From Raillietiella orientalis (taxonomy: Eukaryota), in contig JAYWIR010000004.1 in assembly GCA_036172245.1 (NCBI GenBank), forward strand, positions 1,426,001 to 1,490,000: a DNA stretch of 64,000 nucleotides, in the 5' to 3' direction. Of the stretch, positions 13,951 through 27,850 are shown one piece after another; within the stretch, counting starts at the first letter, position 1; the number at the start of each line of letters is the position of its first letter. The notes under the pieces are model-generated. The model was not told the DNA's origin and did no database searches. It saw nothing but the letters and a program-made list of their open reading frames with translations. Both the position numbers and the translations under genes were made by a program.

Positions 13951-14523
13951 AATAAAACTAGATAAAACTTCGAATCTTATAAACAAAGTTCATATTATTG
14001 AACCTTAGTTTAACTGCTGGCATTTTTGATTTTCATGCACTTTAAAGTTGTTTAACAGACTTTCTGATTAGTGTTTTTCTTTAAATTACGCTAGGATTCA
14101 TTATTTATTGTACAGTCCTAATGAACTTCACTGTAAAAATATCCTCAAAGTCCAGAAATGTCTCAACACATTCGACTCACAGTTTTCTTATCATTTGACT
14201 AAACTCATGAAATACAGATCTACTTGGACTCATTTTTTAAAATACTTGCTTTAATAACCTACCCCGTAGCAATGGTTATGATATAGCATTGCGTTTTTCC
14301 TTACTTAAAGGCAAATATCGCATAAGTTTCATTTGTAGTTGTTAGCTTTTTGATACAAAAAAATTAATGTGATGTGCCATTTGTAAAACTCAATCCCAGG
14401 GACTTTTTATGAAAAACATGAAACAATGCCAAAACATTCCTGTAGTACAACAGACAAAAACAAATGCATAGTTTATTGAGACATTTTCTTTGCAAAGGTA
14501 GTAAACATTCATTTTTGTATGAG

Positions 14524-15550
14524 TCACTGATTACTTTTCTCATGGTGAAGTAACCACTTCTTGACATCATCTTGCTTTCCTGAAGCAAAAGAGCCCACTT
14601 CACCTGAGGTTCTAATTACTCTGTGGCAAGGAACAATTAACAGAAAAGGATTTGATGCCATAGCATTACCAACTGCTCGAGATGCATCTATGGAATAAAT
14701 GATTACTTTATGATAAACTATGGCATTCTTGTAAGCTGTTTTTCTTACAAAAAACATAAAATGGGCAGGATTGTCAAAAACACTGTCAAGATAAAATAAT
14801 ATACTAAAGAAACCCCTCAGTTTTTTAATCTTTAGAATAGCCGTTCCTTTGCTTACTGGAATTGCCTGAAAGCTCTGCAAGGTTTTTGTAAGATATTGTC
14901 TTTCCCCATGGCACACTTTTAGCAAGCATCTCCCAGACATTTTTCTTCCAGGTACCTTTTAATGATCAGAATCACACATGCATGTGAGATGACACTGGAA
15001 TAAATACCTTCATAAGTTTTCAAACATAACTTTGGGCGCTTCTGTAATTGTGAGTGGGCACCTTTGAAATATGATTCCAGCCATGCAATAACCGAAGTCT
15101 GAATTCCAGAAAGCTCTTCATTTTGACAAGACTTAACACTTACTGAGTTGCTGCAATTGAGAACGTAACTATCATGTAACAAATGCATATATAGGTATAA
15201 AAATGTTACATGAATGCTTACATGAAATATGGCTAGTTTGATACTTATGATGATACATATTACTTACACAATATTTGCAAGCTTTTTCGTCGTCACTGAG
15301 TTTTACATTTTACACAAGCTCTTTCTACGTATCTGCTAAAGGTAATGCCAGCAACACTCCCAATTTGGAAAACTTACTCATCTGAAGGTTTTGCCACACC
15401 AGCATTCGGTGCTTTAGCATTCTGAATTTGCAGTCTTTCAGTATTAGTATTCAGTAAATGCAGTCCATGCAACCCATTACCACAGCATGTCATTTCAAGT
15501 GTACCAATAGGTATTGAAAGATGAACAACACTTACTGCACAACTTTTCAT
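14524..15550 (-). CDS. MGMT: O6-methylguanine-DNA methyltransferase, complete 4-exon gene, 192 aa
   Basis: Exons (minus strand): 15550-15378, 15150-15008, 14955-14857, 14687-14524. GT-AG, phase-consistent, 579 nt. Motifs: VWEMLAKSVPWGKTISYKNLA, ASRAVGNAMASNP and active site IVPCHRVI. Confidence 0.95.
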
Positions 15551-16336
15551 GCTTTACGTGAAAGTTTTTTCAGTAATCACCAAAACTACTGGCAACCACC
15601 ATTCCCGCCGAAACAGGATTCGCAATTTTGAAAAATTCCAATATAGCGTTTCATTATGCAATTTTTAATCAACATATTTTAAATTAGTAAAAAACAAATA
15701 AAATTGTCAGATCCAGTTATCCAATATGCTGAATTAAATCCAAGAATCATAAAATTCATATGAAAAAAAAAAAAAAAGTACTTGAATGCACTGACATGTT
15801 CCCACATAGTCGTGGGTTAAGCACTTTTCAAACTGCGCGAAAAACGAAAAGCCCAGGGAACCAGGAAATGTTCTGTTCTTTATATTTTACAATATTTTTC
15901 CTTTGTATTTCTGAGATAAGATCAATGTATTGAATTTTATAGTGTAGTGCTATTTTATAGCTGATGTTAGTGTTAATCAAACCCTACGGTAATTCAGTAT
16001 GGTATTCACTCATAAACACAAACATTTATATTTGAACACATATTCATATGGTGCACTTACATGTATGGGGTTAAGTACTTGATCACAAGACCATATTATT
16101 GATGCGAATTACACATTTTGTATAGACAAAACTGTACAAACTCCATATAGAAACTTGAATGTTAGTATTTCATAATATTTCATAGCTTTATAAGATGAAT
16201 TGTGAACACCCACATTCCATCCAAGAAAGGAGCCTTTCGATGATAATAAAGCAATTTAATGCTTTTACTCCAAGATGTGAAATGGTTAAAATATTTGATT
16301 TATATAAGATGGCTTCCTCTGGTTATAATTGCTTCA

Positions 16337-16380
16337 TAGTGGATTTACATAGTGGATTTACAGCTATAGTGGATTTACAT
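16337..16380. repeat. Short tandem triplication
   Basis: ATAGTGGATTTAC three times. Confidence 0.85.
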
Positions 16381-17159
16381 CTCTATCCATTCAGTATTAA
16401 ATTGAATAGCAAAAAAGAACATTTATAAAAGAAAGCAATACGCAAACAAAGTTATTAGCATAATCTGGGTGCACACTATCTCCTGATCAGAATTCAAAGA
16501 AGAAGAAACTACACTTTTTATTATTCTTCTGTTTCAAATTTTTCTGTTCTCTTAAATTCCTAATTGTTAAATGAAATATAAATTTAAACACACACGCACA
16601 AATAAAATGTAAGAACTGATTCTTGAAATATGAGTGGGAATAATGCTTTAAGCAAGAAGAGAGTACAAGCTCATTTAGGAAAATATTCTGAAATAAGTAA
16701 CCTGAAATAAGTAGTAAAATCTGGAAACATCAAATACTAATGAATTTTCGAAAATGTTATGAAAATCGAAAGTACAGTTTGTTTATGAGAGAAAGTATGA
16801 AAGTCGCTCTGAATTCACCAAAAACACTCCAATTTTGGACGGAAAAGAAAAAAAGAACATTAATTTATTCAGGAGGATGAAGGGAATGACTTGAGAATCT
16901 ATCCACCACTTTCAGTGCAATGGAAGACTTTTCACATTAATTTTAGCCTCATGCTGGAGAAAATGTGGCAGATAAAAAGACTATTTAACTATTCCCTGAT
17001 TATATTGCTGGAATTCTAATTTATACTGCTAAAATTCCTTCCTCTCCGTTGGAGGGGGGGGGAGGGGGAGAAAGAAAACTTGCATTCCTCTGCCTAGCAC
17101 TCTTTTAACGAAATATTTCTTAATAGGTATCGACTATCCCTAATTATTGCTCCGCGATT

Positions 17160-19935
17160 TTGGAGCTGAAGTTATTACATTATCACATATTCAAATTATT
17201 ACACATAGTTGGCGAGTGCTCTTTCACCTGCCGTCGTGCTCGAGTCATGCTCCAAACTCTCGAGTCTCCTATACTGAATTTAAAAAAATTCGTGAAAAAA
17301 GACCTGTGTGCAAGAGATGACAACCGTAACAAAAACAGCCCACAGATGAGATTTCGGGAAGGCTGACACAAGCAATGCAATAGCGAATCTTTACTTTCCA
17401 TTCCCACTTTTGTTTCACGACCATCGTCCATCGAGGTCGTCAGGAGCAACGAGGCCAATGATGCGTCCGTTTACTTTTAAGGACTCAAGTGAAAGACAAG
17501 AATCGGAGACAGAAGCATATGAAGACACATGAAAGTGCTTCTTTTGAAGCCATCCACCAATACGTGACTGGATCTGAAGCGTGAGATGTCCTGTGAAAAA
17601 TTAGTGGCGAGGAGGATGCTTGAACACACCACTTTTAGGAAGATGATTCTTAATGGTGGAAAGGAGAGGAGGGAGGGAAGGCATCCGATTTTCAGAAGAC
17701 ACATCTGATTTTCAAGCATTTCCGGTGTTCCTGAAGATGAAAACCGGATGTCCAATTCCTTGAGAGATTTGGCGGGTTTGATTTTCTATAGTAGATTTTG
17801 TGCTCAAATCCAAAATCCAATGAGGCGGAACAAGCTTTTTGAAAACGATAACAGGGAATTATAGAAATAAGGTTTGAAACTGATGGTAATCGGTGGGCTA
17901 TGCCAAGAAAACAAAGCTGTAAATAAAGAAGTGAGTGCTCAGATTAGCGCTTTGCGGTTTCAAGATAGACCTTTGAACCAAGCAAGCAGTAGGCTTTGCT
18001 AGTAAGCTATGCTCTCTTTGACTGCAATCCTCGGCTAACCACTGCCTTTTCGACAACTCTAGTCGAGCATGTAAACTAAGGACGCGAATTTCCTTGGAGA
18101 GACAGAACGTCAGTCATTTACAAAGAGCAAAGTTTGATGAGTTTGCGGGCTTCCATGCCGGAGGGTGACATTTTGTGATGCACTTCCAAGAAACCAGCAT
18201 ATGGAACTGTTTGCAAAGGGACTTGGTTACAGTCCGAGAACTCGAAGCATTTCGTTGCAGTTATTTTTGTAGAGCTTTTTTTCCCCAGTTATTTCAGTTA
18301 TTTTTCGAGACCGCTCCCTGGAACGGTCCGTATTCCACTGCTCCTTCTCATTTGGCTAACTCTTGCATGCTGAAATCTGGAATGGGTTAGAAGACAAATC
18401 GCGCACAGAAAATCGGCTCCCAGATTTAATCCATGAATTTGCGATTAATGAGCGATTTATTTCACCATTGAGTCGACGAAACATCGATCTCTACTTCCCC
18501 CTTTTAGTTCGTGACTGATAGCTTCCTTCCCATCTTTAATTCTATTTGTCTATTCCTTTTAGGAATCGGAATCGACAAAGGAAACTCAAGACTCCATCCG
18601 GTGAGCATCTGGAAAAGGGTTTCGCAACGTCCTCCTTTGCTAGATTTTTGGATCAGCTGCTCATTGCCATCTGCATGGGTTTCCAGCAATTTTCCTTTAA
18701 AACCTTTTGTCAATGGCTGTTGGTAAAGTCTCTCTGGCTACAACGGTCCAGAGGTCCTCCGTTGACTACGCTGCTGTGCATTGGGATGCACGGATTCCAT
18801 CAGAAATCATGGATTAGGAGCGTTTTTTCCTGAATTGTGTCCATGTTCTTCTTAAAGACATGTCATTTGGTTGCCTATGGGTTCATAACGGGATGTCTCC
18901 TTGGTTCTGACGACACAACCTTCCAAGATCGAGAGTGCGAAAGCGCTCACACCCTCTTAGGTTGTCTTCAGATCGAAAATGAATCCAAAGCTCCTGTGAA
19001 TGATGGATAAATCAAGAATCGATTTTTCATTTGTACCCATTTATATTGGTTGGAACCTCCTCCAGAGCTTATTCTGATCAAAGTGAATTCCAACCAATCA
19101 CTTCGATTCAGAAATAGATTCCTTTGGTATGCCTGAGTTGAAGTGATGCATTCCAAGGAGCTCTGTGCATAGGCGGCCAAGTGTTCGTAATATGTCGTCA
19201 GACGGAAGTCCGACGACTGAACAAGGGTGGACTTCAAAACGGAAACAAAATGGTAAAAAAGGAAGCGTTGGTTCCCACTGGAGTCCAACACCTTATGCTG
19301 AACACCGGGAAAAGTACGCTGAAGTTTAATGTGGTCACCGTAATGTCACAAATGGAAATTTCTCGACCCACCCCCCATGGGTACAAAGTTACTGAAGACT
19401 GATTCGCATGGAACATGGTCAGATCATCGAATCACTTTGAACTCATGATGGCTGCTGGCTTGGAATATCGCATTATGCAAGCTATTCGGGAGACTTTTCG
19501 CGAACTTACTGTAAACGCGAACGAAACGTTGGACGTGACGTTCAAGCTGCGAATTCGATTGGAATCATTCAGGTTCTTTTGTGATGTTTTCAAAGTAAGA
19601 CGAACCCTATTTGCGTTTCTTTCTTCTTCTTCGATCTGTTGTTCTTCTGTTTGCGCTTCTCTCCTGATGACACGAACGCTCGCACATGATTGCAGCCATG
19701 CTCGGTGCGGTGTGTACATTGTGCATTTTGTCGGAGCTCGTCCAGTGCAGCTGAAGCCTTCAGCAAACAAGTTGGACGGTAAAGGGGAAGCCTTTTTTGT
19801 AAACATTCTGCGACTTCCCTTTTGGCCAGAGCTGCGTTCGGGCTCCACACTGCGGCAGCGATGTTCAGTTTTAAAAAAAATACATGCTGATCGCTGATCG
19901 TTAAGCTTGAATCCCCAGGCTGGCTGATTTTCCAC
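17160..19935 (-). mobile_element. Decayed DIRS-like retrotransposon fragment
   Basis: GKLLETHADGNEQLIQKSSKGGRCETL resembles RNase H SDNTTAVAYINRQGGTRS. LLSFPPLRIIFLKVV..ILLATNF resembles the downstream YAFPP motif. Many stops and frameshifts. Confidence 0.45.
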
Positions 19936-22752
19936 GGGGAACTAGCTGAGCTGCGTCCACCTTGTCCACTTGATGCCATCTCTGAAGACGTTGCCACTGT
20001 CTCCTTCGAAAAAAAAAAAAAAAAATCTTCTAGTGACATCGCGCGTGCATCCACACCATAGCTGATGCACACAGCCGTGTTATGAAAGATCGGAGACTGT
20101 GTACAAGTGGCATCAAACTGTATTACAGGGGTTTCAATGAAGGAACTCGTTGCCCAATTTCCATTGATTTTCAGTAGCGAATGATGATAAGTGATCGTCT
20201 ACGTATCACGATTGTCAATGACATTCCTCACTTTTCACTCAGCAAGTAGTTATCCACAATTGAAAATTGGTGATCGTTCTTTATATTTCAATCGTATCTT
20301 CAGAAAATCGACCGATGTGATGGATTACTATTAGTTTTCAATATCTGAACGATCAGTTTGAACATTTGCATTTCAGAGAATAGTTTTCCCTTTCGCTTTT
20401 CATCGAGGGACCATCAGGAGCGAAACTGTTTTTGTTCTTGGCATTCTCTATGAGAGGAGCGTGAAGAGCTGAGCGATCACGCATTTGGTTTCGGGAAGTG
20501 GATCCCCATGCACGAGTTGGGAAAAAGCCCGCATACGAGAGCGGCGCTTCCTATGTCCTTGATTCGGGGCCGAAGCGGGACAAATCTCAAATCTTGCCTC
20601 GAGTCATTTAGTGTGAAGTCTCTCCTTAACCAGAAACTCTCTCCGAACTTCTGCCGCTGACGAAGGCCTGCCTTTCCCCCATCGAGGAAGCTTGTGCTTC
20701 ACTCAAATCAGAATCCAGGAATGCCAGCGAACGTCTTCCACGAAGGAGGAGCACGATTTCGAACTTGGAACTTGAATCGTCTTGAGCTCTACTTTCAAAT
20801 CAACGCTCTACGTAGGTCAATGCAATCCGAAATAGATTTCGCAATTTGAGATCAACGATCCTCTCCATTTTAATGGCAAGGAGAGTTGCTGCTGACTAGA
20901 TCCCTTAAGTCGCTTATCGTAGTGGATTCGCTCTTTGTAATTCAAACAAACAGCTTTCCACGTTTTTTCACTGCATTGAAAATGTGGCTGAGGAAAACAT
21001 CTCTGCCCCAATGGCTCCAAGTTGCTAGGCATTAACCTGGTGTTTTGTTTCCATTGCAGTCCTATGAAGTTTGAACGCGAGGGTCCGAATCAAGGACCCT
21101 GCTCGCTCTGGTTTCAAGCGCGTCTGGATCGCACTCTTAAAGGGCATATCAGACGTTCTTCTTTAATTAAAAGGTCAAGCTCAAGGGCAAGGAATCAACT
21201 TCGAAAGCCGCAAAGCCATCGGTAAAAATATTCTTTGATTGAAAATCGGTGAATCCCGTGTAGGGGAATGCCGCATCCGAGAAGAATATGGTGTCAAGGT
21301 GAACTTCCAACGTTTTAACTTCAGAAAACACAGAACTGCTGGCGCTTAAGGGCAATCAAATCGAGACGCGAAAGCTTCCCTCCCCCCCTCTACTTTTAGA
21401 AGCGATTTACATTTACATGCACAAAACATTCTGGATGATTCACATCTTTAATCAGTGGCACAAATCAGTGATAAACAGTGAAAACGTAACAGCACGTGGA
21501 TGAAAGGGGAACAGCCAAATGTAGGTTCTTATAACGTGGATCACGAACCCGAAAGTCATTTCATTCCGAGGTTAACTTGCCAAGGAAACACAAAACTCGG
21601 CATTAAGGAGGACTTCTTGCCAGTTCTTGTTTTTTCGTCTTCCAGATCAAAAAAGCATGGATCAAATTAATTCTAACCAAGCTCCAGAATTGTGCCTTTG
21701 TGACCAGCATTTCGGCAGTGAACCTAACAAAGTCGCAAACTTTTAGGAAAGACAGGCTAGGTATAGCCAGAAAATAGACTCTTGTGCTGAAGATATCGTA
21801 TAGAACATCGATCTATTTCCAGCAGATGTAAATCCAGATTTAAAGCACTGAGGAAACGCATCTTCCTTTGGTTCTAGCACTCCGCTACTTGAGCGTGCTT
21901 TTTCCTGTAACTGCTGTCAAATGTACAATTATAAAGCAAAAATTCTTTGAAATACCATGCAGTTCACTTTTTAGATTAGTTTCGGATATGAAACGGCTGT
22001 AAGTAACACCAAAACAACATCAAGCTAAAAAACATGAGGATGCCCATCTCTATAAACCATCAAAGGAAACTGACAGTGCTCCTTTAAAAAGCTGTTTGTG
22101 GAGCAAAAACGTTCTAAAGTAATCAGAGCATAGCATGCACCTGGCAAAGAGTTGTCGGAGTCATCCTACTGCATCAAATACGATGGCGCCAAAACATCCC
22201 TCGAGATTTCGTTAGAAGAAATGATAACCGTGGTCATCTTCCTGGAGTCTTAGAGCTCATATTGTTTTTCCAGCTGGAAGTTACGTGTAGTGTGCGACAA
22301 ACCAATACATTGGAAAATGTGTATTCGTAGATCATCATTAACCTTCTGTTCGTGCGAGCGGCACCCGCTAGAGGCGGTGCTGATCAACGTGGAGGAGGTG
22401 ATTGAGTCTCCTCACGCACATCTTCGATCTCCGCATGAGGGATTCGAACTGCACTGCCAAAGACCATTTGGCGCGTTCCATCAAGGAAGCAACGCAGGCT
22501 GGTGATCTCAAAACAACAGATCCCGGGAGACCACTCAGAACCTCTACTGGAATCTGGTGCTTTCGGATGAACGTCGAGTCACCCTGATCGGCGTTGCCTG
22601 ACCGTGTGAAAATGAGGAGACAGCACTGGAAGAAACGGCACAAGCTCCTACAGACAGCGACTACAGGAGACCATAGCTCTTGACTGGCAGGGGAGCACCG
22701 GCTTCTGCTGGGTTTCTTGCTGGGAGCCTGGAATCCGAAGAACGGTGAGATG

Positions 22753-22859
22753 CTCGGAGAACATGGGATCCCTCACGCGCAGGCAGAAAACACGACCATA
22801 ATAAGCATAGCCGGAGGATGCTCCTTGAGTCACTGGTCAGGATGGACAACCGTCAGCGA
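22753..22859 (+). repeat. ~107 bp segment duplicated at 23290-23396 inside the Tigger-like element
   Basis: CTCGGAGAAC.TGGGATCCCTCACGCGCAG.CAGAAAACA...ATAGCCGGAGGATG...GTCACTGG.CAGGATG..CAAC...CAGCGA is present in both positions. Confidence 0.9.
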
Positions 22860-23241
22860 ACCTTTGGCAGTATAACAAGACAGTGGAAATTGTGAAGAAC
22901 GACCCCCTAACTTTCATCGTGAAAATGCGATTAAAAATAAGTATCTCAAAGCTACCAGGGTCATTCGGAAAATTAGGCACCAAAAGTTTTCTCCAAGCTA
23001 AAAATCTTGTATAGGAGAAAAAATTTGGTGTAGGAAGCTGCCCTCTTTGTAGTATTTTTCTGAGAAGTCCTCATCTTTCCTACAGTCTGCGACCAGGAAA
23101 CAACTGGGAAAAAGCTCTGTCGGATCAGTCAGAACCACTTCATCCCTGCAAACAGACCCTCCATAAACCATTTTAAACACTGCATGCGTTTGTGACATCC
23201 AGGGGAACGTGCTGAAACCAGATTATAGAAGGTTCGAAATA

Positions 23242-24331
23242 CAATGGACTCCCGTATAACGCGGGGGATATGTTTCGCGTTATAGGAACCTCGGAGAACT
23301 TGGGATCCCTCACGCGCAGACAGAAAACATGATTACAATAAGTATAGCCGGAGGATGCCCCTTCGGTCACTGGCCAGGATGAACAACTGGCAGCGATATC
23401 CCGTATAACGCGGGGGGTATGTTACGCGTTATACGAGACATGCATTGTCAGATGAATTTATGCAAGTTTTAAACGTCTCTGAGTTCCAGTACTGATCGCA
23501 TATTGCTAGATGTAAATCGCGTAACAACTGCTGAGCCAAGTATTGGTGGAGGGGGGGATTCGTTGACATGAATGGGACAGATATCACTGAGTGAATTCAT
23601 CACAACCAAGATATTGACGAAACCGTAAAACTCGTAGAATGAGCACATGGTTCTCGTTCTGGTAACGGTGAGGAAAGCTCATTCCAGATTTCTGATGAAC
23701 CAGAAGCAACACTTGAGTTTGGAGGCTTTAAACAGAGGGTTAGAAATAGCCAAAATGCTAGAAACATATTTTATGAAATGCATCCTTTCACAGAGCGCAC
23801 TCTATCGAATTTAAAAGAAAATTGAATGACTGTCTGTCTATCCCCATGTTTGCCAACCAAAAAAGATCTGGAAAAAGAATTGGTTCTCGATGACGATAAT
23901 GATAGGGACGAAGCTATGGACCCTTCAAGTGATGCATCTGTACAGCGAATATGAAAAAGACCGTGTCGTTGGAACTTATTTGTGGATACTTCCGATAGTG
24001 GATAAATGTCGAATAGTGAAGCGTTTCTATTTCTGTTTTTCATTAAAAATTGAATAAAAAATACTTTCCCCTTATATCTTTAAATGTGCATTTTATTTTT
24101 TTGATAAACCTTTACATCTTTTCTAACTATCAGCTTCCCCGTGCATATATAAACAACAGGCACGTGCATACACAGTACATTACCAAACAGACAGTCGAAA
24201 AAGCATGTCAAGATGTCCAGTTTATCTTACGCGTTGTACGGGGCTGTTCATCGCGTTGTACGAGTCGCAATTTTTTCGTCGCGTTATACAAATTCGCGCT
24301 ACAGGGCAGCGCGCTATCCGGGAGTGTACTG
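23242..24331 (+). mobile_element. Internally deleted Tigger/pogo-like (Tc1/mariner) DNA transposon
   Basis: TA at both ends (23240-41, 24332-33). Imperfect TIRs CAATGGACTCCCGTATAACGCG and rc CAGTACACTCCCGGATAGCGCG (17/22 identical). Repeated subterminal CGCGTTATA/CGCGTTGTA motifs. Frameshifted remnants resemble the Tigger transposase C-terminus (GG-GFVDMNGTDITE; EFKRKLNDCL; acidic LDDDNDRDE). Confidence 0.75.
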
Positions 24332-24819
24332 TAATCCATAGGAGGTTTTGCTGTTTCGGTGTTTTGAAGGTAAACAAAAGGAAGAAAATATATCATCCAG
24401 TATCAGTATTTTAGATGCAAAATCCTTACATCCATTTTCGCTAAAATTTTAGAATTTCCAATTCTTATCAAACTGAAAATCCTTTGAAAGACTCTCAATA
24501 GGAAGGCTGAATTTCGACGTCAAATTTAGACTATTGATTTTGAGGTTAAAGGATCGAAACAGAGTGGATTGGAAAGCAGTTATCAAAAGGGATCGTGTTT
24601 TCTAGAGGTGGGCATGAATGAACTGTTCTGCGTCAGTTTGTCGGTCTGCATGGCAACAGCCATGAAGCAAAAAAGAGCATTCTTAGGGTAAAATTTGGAT
24701 CACAACACACGCCAGCGCATTCTCTACTTTTGGTCCCGGTATCGGCCTGTTGTATCCACCGGATCACCCGTGCCGCCAAAAACTGGAAACCTCCCGCAAG
24801 GGATCCGCTCTTGTTTTTA

Positions 24820-25225
24820 CTCCTCTGGAGAGAACCCAGAAGAGACGCTTCCGAAATTCGGAGGGGCGCAGCTTCCCCGAAGGGATCGGCTTTCCACTCT
24901 CTGGAGAGGTGGTGGCGACAAACTACTCCATGAGTACGACGCGGAATAGGGGCTCGGCTCCTTCACAACGGGAGGGGGAACTCCCCACTCTGTGATTCCT
25001 GGAAGGACCCGGAGGGCGACTCCCATTTGTCCTGGCCCTCATCGGGGGCATCCGGTTTCAACCGCTACCAATGCCGCATCCGGATGAATATAGACCAACC
25101 AGCGTCATCTTGTGGGGCGAACTCGGGACCCACGACGCACTGCGTTAACCTTCGGAATATTCGAACCCACGACGCATGGCGCTACGCGCGGAGACCACCG
25201 TAACCACATGGCCTCCGACGCGGGC
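24820..25225 (-). mobile_element. Internally deleted copy of a repeat with a tRNA-like (A/B-box) head
   Basis: The reverse complement reads GCCCGCGTCGGAGGCCATGTGGTTACGG...GTGGGTTCGAAT (B-box). 25225-25075 aligns with 30789-30964, and ~25055-24820 aligns with ~31605-31850. Confidence 0.7.
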
Positions 25226-26078
25226 AAAAAAGCAAACAGGGTCATCATGGTCGTCACTATGAGTCTAGGTAGTTCTTGGAAAATTTAATGAGATGGCACT
25301 TTAAGCATTATATTCTTTTCGCTCCCTCGAGCTGAAGATTTTCATACATCCGCATAGGTTTTCGTTTTACAGAACCGCAACACCAGTGTTCTTTAATATA
25401 CATATTAAAAGAAGAAGCGGGGTAAAAAAAAAAGAAGGAAATCTTTGATGGCAGAAATTTATTAATTCCACACCGTTCGAAATTAAGCATATTAACAGTT
25501 TTCCGTAATTCTAAATTTGAATATTTCATTTCCCCGTAGAGTGAAGTTTTGAACATTTTTAAAAATGCCTTTTTGCACTCAAAACTTTATTCATTTCTTT
25601 GGTACTGCGCATCATCTGGCAGATTGCTTGGCGACCATGTCTTCGTGATGATGTGTGAGTGACTGGGATCGTCACGTAGCAAAAGCCCCGTTGCTTTTTC
25701 AGCAAGTCAGTACTTGAGAAAACCATGAAGATCATAAGAGAAACGAATCTCGTTTTCGTTGTGAGATCACAACTTTCTAAAGACACCTGGATGGAGGTTG
25801 ATGTTAGAATGAAATCCGGCTTTGGAAGTGGCATCTGACAATTAGTGAAAAGCCAGCTGCAGCAGTCTCGTGTCATCTGAACCGAGCACGAAACGTCTCA
25901 GTTTCAGCTTGCATCCAGAGTACACGAGGATCGTCAGTTTTCAGAAAAGGGACAGCAATACTGGAACATCTCGTTCATTTGAATATTCAGAGGAAGAGTG
26001 GAGAATGGCGAAAACAGCAACGCAATGAAGGCTCCGGAGTTGTGAAGACGGCTGAACAATAAAGTCGAGCGGAACCTA

Positions 26079-27850
26079 TTATTTTTTTTTGGATGCAGTT
26101 GTCATCAGTTGTTTTTTGTTGCCATCTTTGGCCACTCTTTTGAAAAAGTTATAAGAATCTATGAGATGATGTCCCTGTTCCTGCCGCCCATGCGTCAGAG
26201 ATGTTTCCTCTGAAGGCAGAGAGCAGAGCAAACGTTCCTTCCACATGCAGCGAACGTTGACAAGTGGTTTCCGAATCGACGGTTCCGATGACATTCCGAA
26301 TCGCTCTCGTGCATCAAGCATCCTTTTCTGCTGAACGAGTTGACTCTCGGAACCAAGTTGAACTCTCTGACTGCCCCCGGGATGCAACTGGTGTCTTCTC
26401 GGAGCAACTGATGCGTCCTTTTGGTATTTTCTTTTGGCTTGACTGATGAATACCTCTTCCACTTGCAAAATGAACTCTTCAACAACTCTTAGTGTGCGCG
26501 GCAAAATAAACATTGCCAGTTTACAAGAGAACAGCAAGACAGTCTGGGAAGCGGATGGTTCCCACCAGTTTTTCAGACCTTAGCCCTTCCGTGGCTTCTG
26601 CAATTCGCTAGAACTTCTCATCTCAATAGCGCCCTTTCTCAGTGGCCATCTTTGACCTCACAAGTGTAGGAGTTTACGTGCGCAACTCACCCACAGCCTA
26701 CCAAACGGAGTTACCGCTTTGTGTTTCGCAGTCTCAAGGCTCTGTTCTTGAAATGGCACACCATGTGGTGTGACTTCGAAAATATCCGAGAAGCTGTCTT
26801 CGGAAGCAGCTTCCGTAATCCCCTGGTCTTTGCGTCTTCGAAGAAGGAAAGGCAACTTAGAAAAGCCTACAAAAGCCCCGATATCTCGTCTTTCAGTGAG
26901 ATCATTGTGCAGGCTGGCTGCCGCCCTTTCTCCGTTCTTCGGAGACCTTAGATTCGAGCATAAGAATGGGGTTCCGTTCTAACCGCCCCTATTCTTGATG
27001 TCCACAGCAGGCACGAGCATTGGCAGATGCGTCTCTCTGATCGTGTTTTTTTTTTTTTTTAAAAAAATAAAAATAAAACGCAGTTCACAACGCAATATGT
27101 CCTTTAGGAGGAGGGAAGCGGGAAGACGAGAAGGACTCGCTTCTTCCATCGGCGATTTTTCCGCAGCCTCCACCGAAAGCTTGCTATCGGCAGTGTCCCA
27201 GAGAGGGATCTCGAGATCCAAACGCGCTGGGTGTCTGCATCGAGTCCTCCTGAAGGGGAGATCCCAGGGAACTGGGCGTTAGGAAATGGCTCGCAAAGAC
27301 GACGTTTCGAGTGTGGGCGAGGGGAAGAGGGGAATCGAAGCGGGAGGGGTTTCCTGAATATCCTGCTTCACGGGGACGGCGGATGGGCGAGCTCTTCTTA
27401 GGGGTTGCGAAATCGCGAAAGTTCCAAAAGGGTTCGCGTGGGGAGTATCTTTCCCAGGGGAAGATTTTTGTGGGACTCACCGAGGGGACGTGCAGACGAG
27501 ACCGCGATGCAAACTAAGGGTACGAACCCGGAAGGGACCGCCTTCGACAACTCCGAAACTTGGCAGCTCAGACAGTGAGGCGGCTCCTCACCTCGAATTC
27601 TGCTTGTCTGGAATACACCGGAGGCATCTCCGGAAACCCTAGACTCAGAGGAACGGAAGACAAAGAGGATTTTTCGGATACAGGTGGGGGGGGGGAGAGA
27701 ATTTCCCACTGCTTCCTTTGCCTGTCTCTTCCTAAGGTTTTCAAAAATTCTTCCACTAGGGAAGGTAGTTCATCCGGCGTTTCCAGTACACATCCCGAGA
27801 ACACCGGATGTTTGAGCACAAGATTTCCTTTCTGATGCGCTTCTCCCACT
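26079..27850 (-). mobile_element. Possible decayed DIRS-like gag/RT N-terminal fragment
   Basis: Fragmented ORFs with TPFGRLWV (PVGGRL-like) and EVFISQAKRK (FLVPKK-like). Weak. Confidence 0.3.

Noticed and set aside
25110..25225. Possible tRNA gene
   Set aside because: Has A/B-box-like words but no intact cloverleaf or poly-T terminator, and is part of a dispersed repeat.
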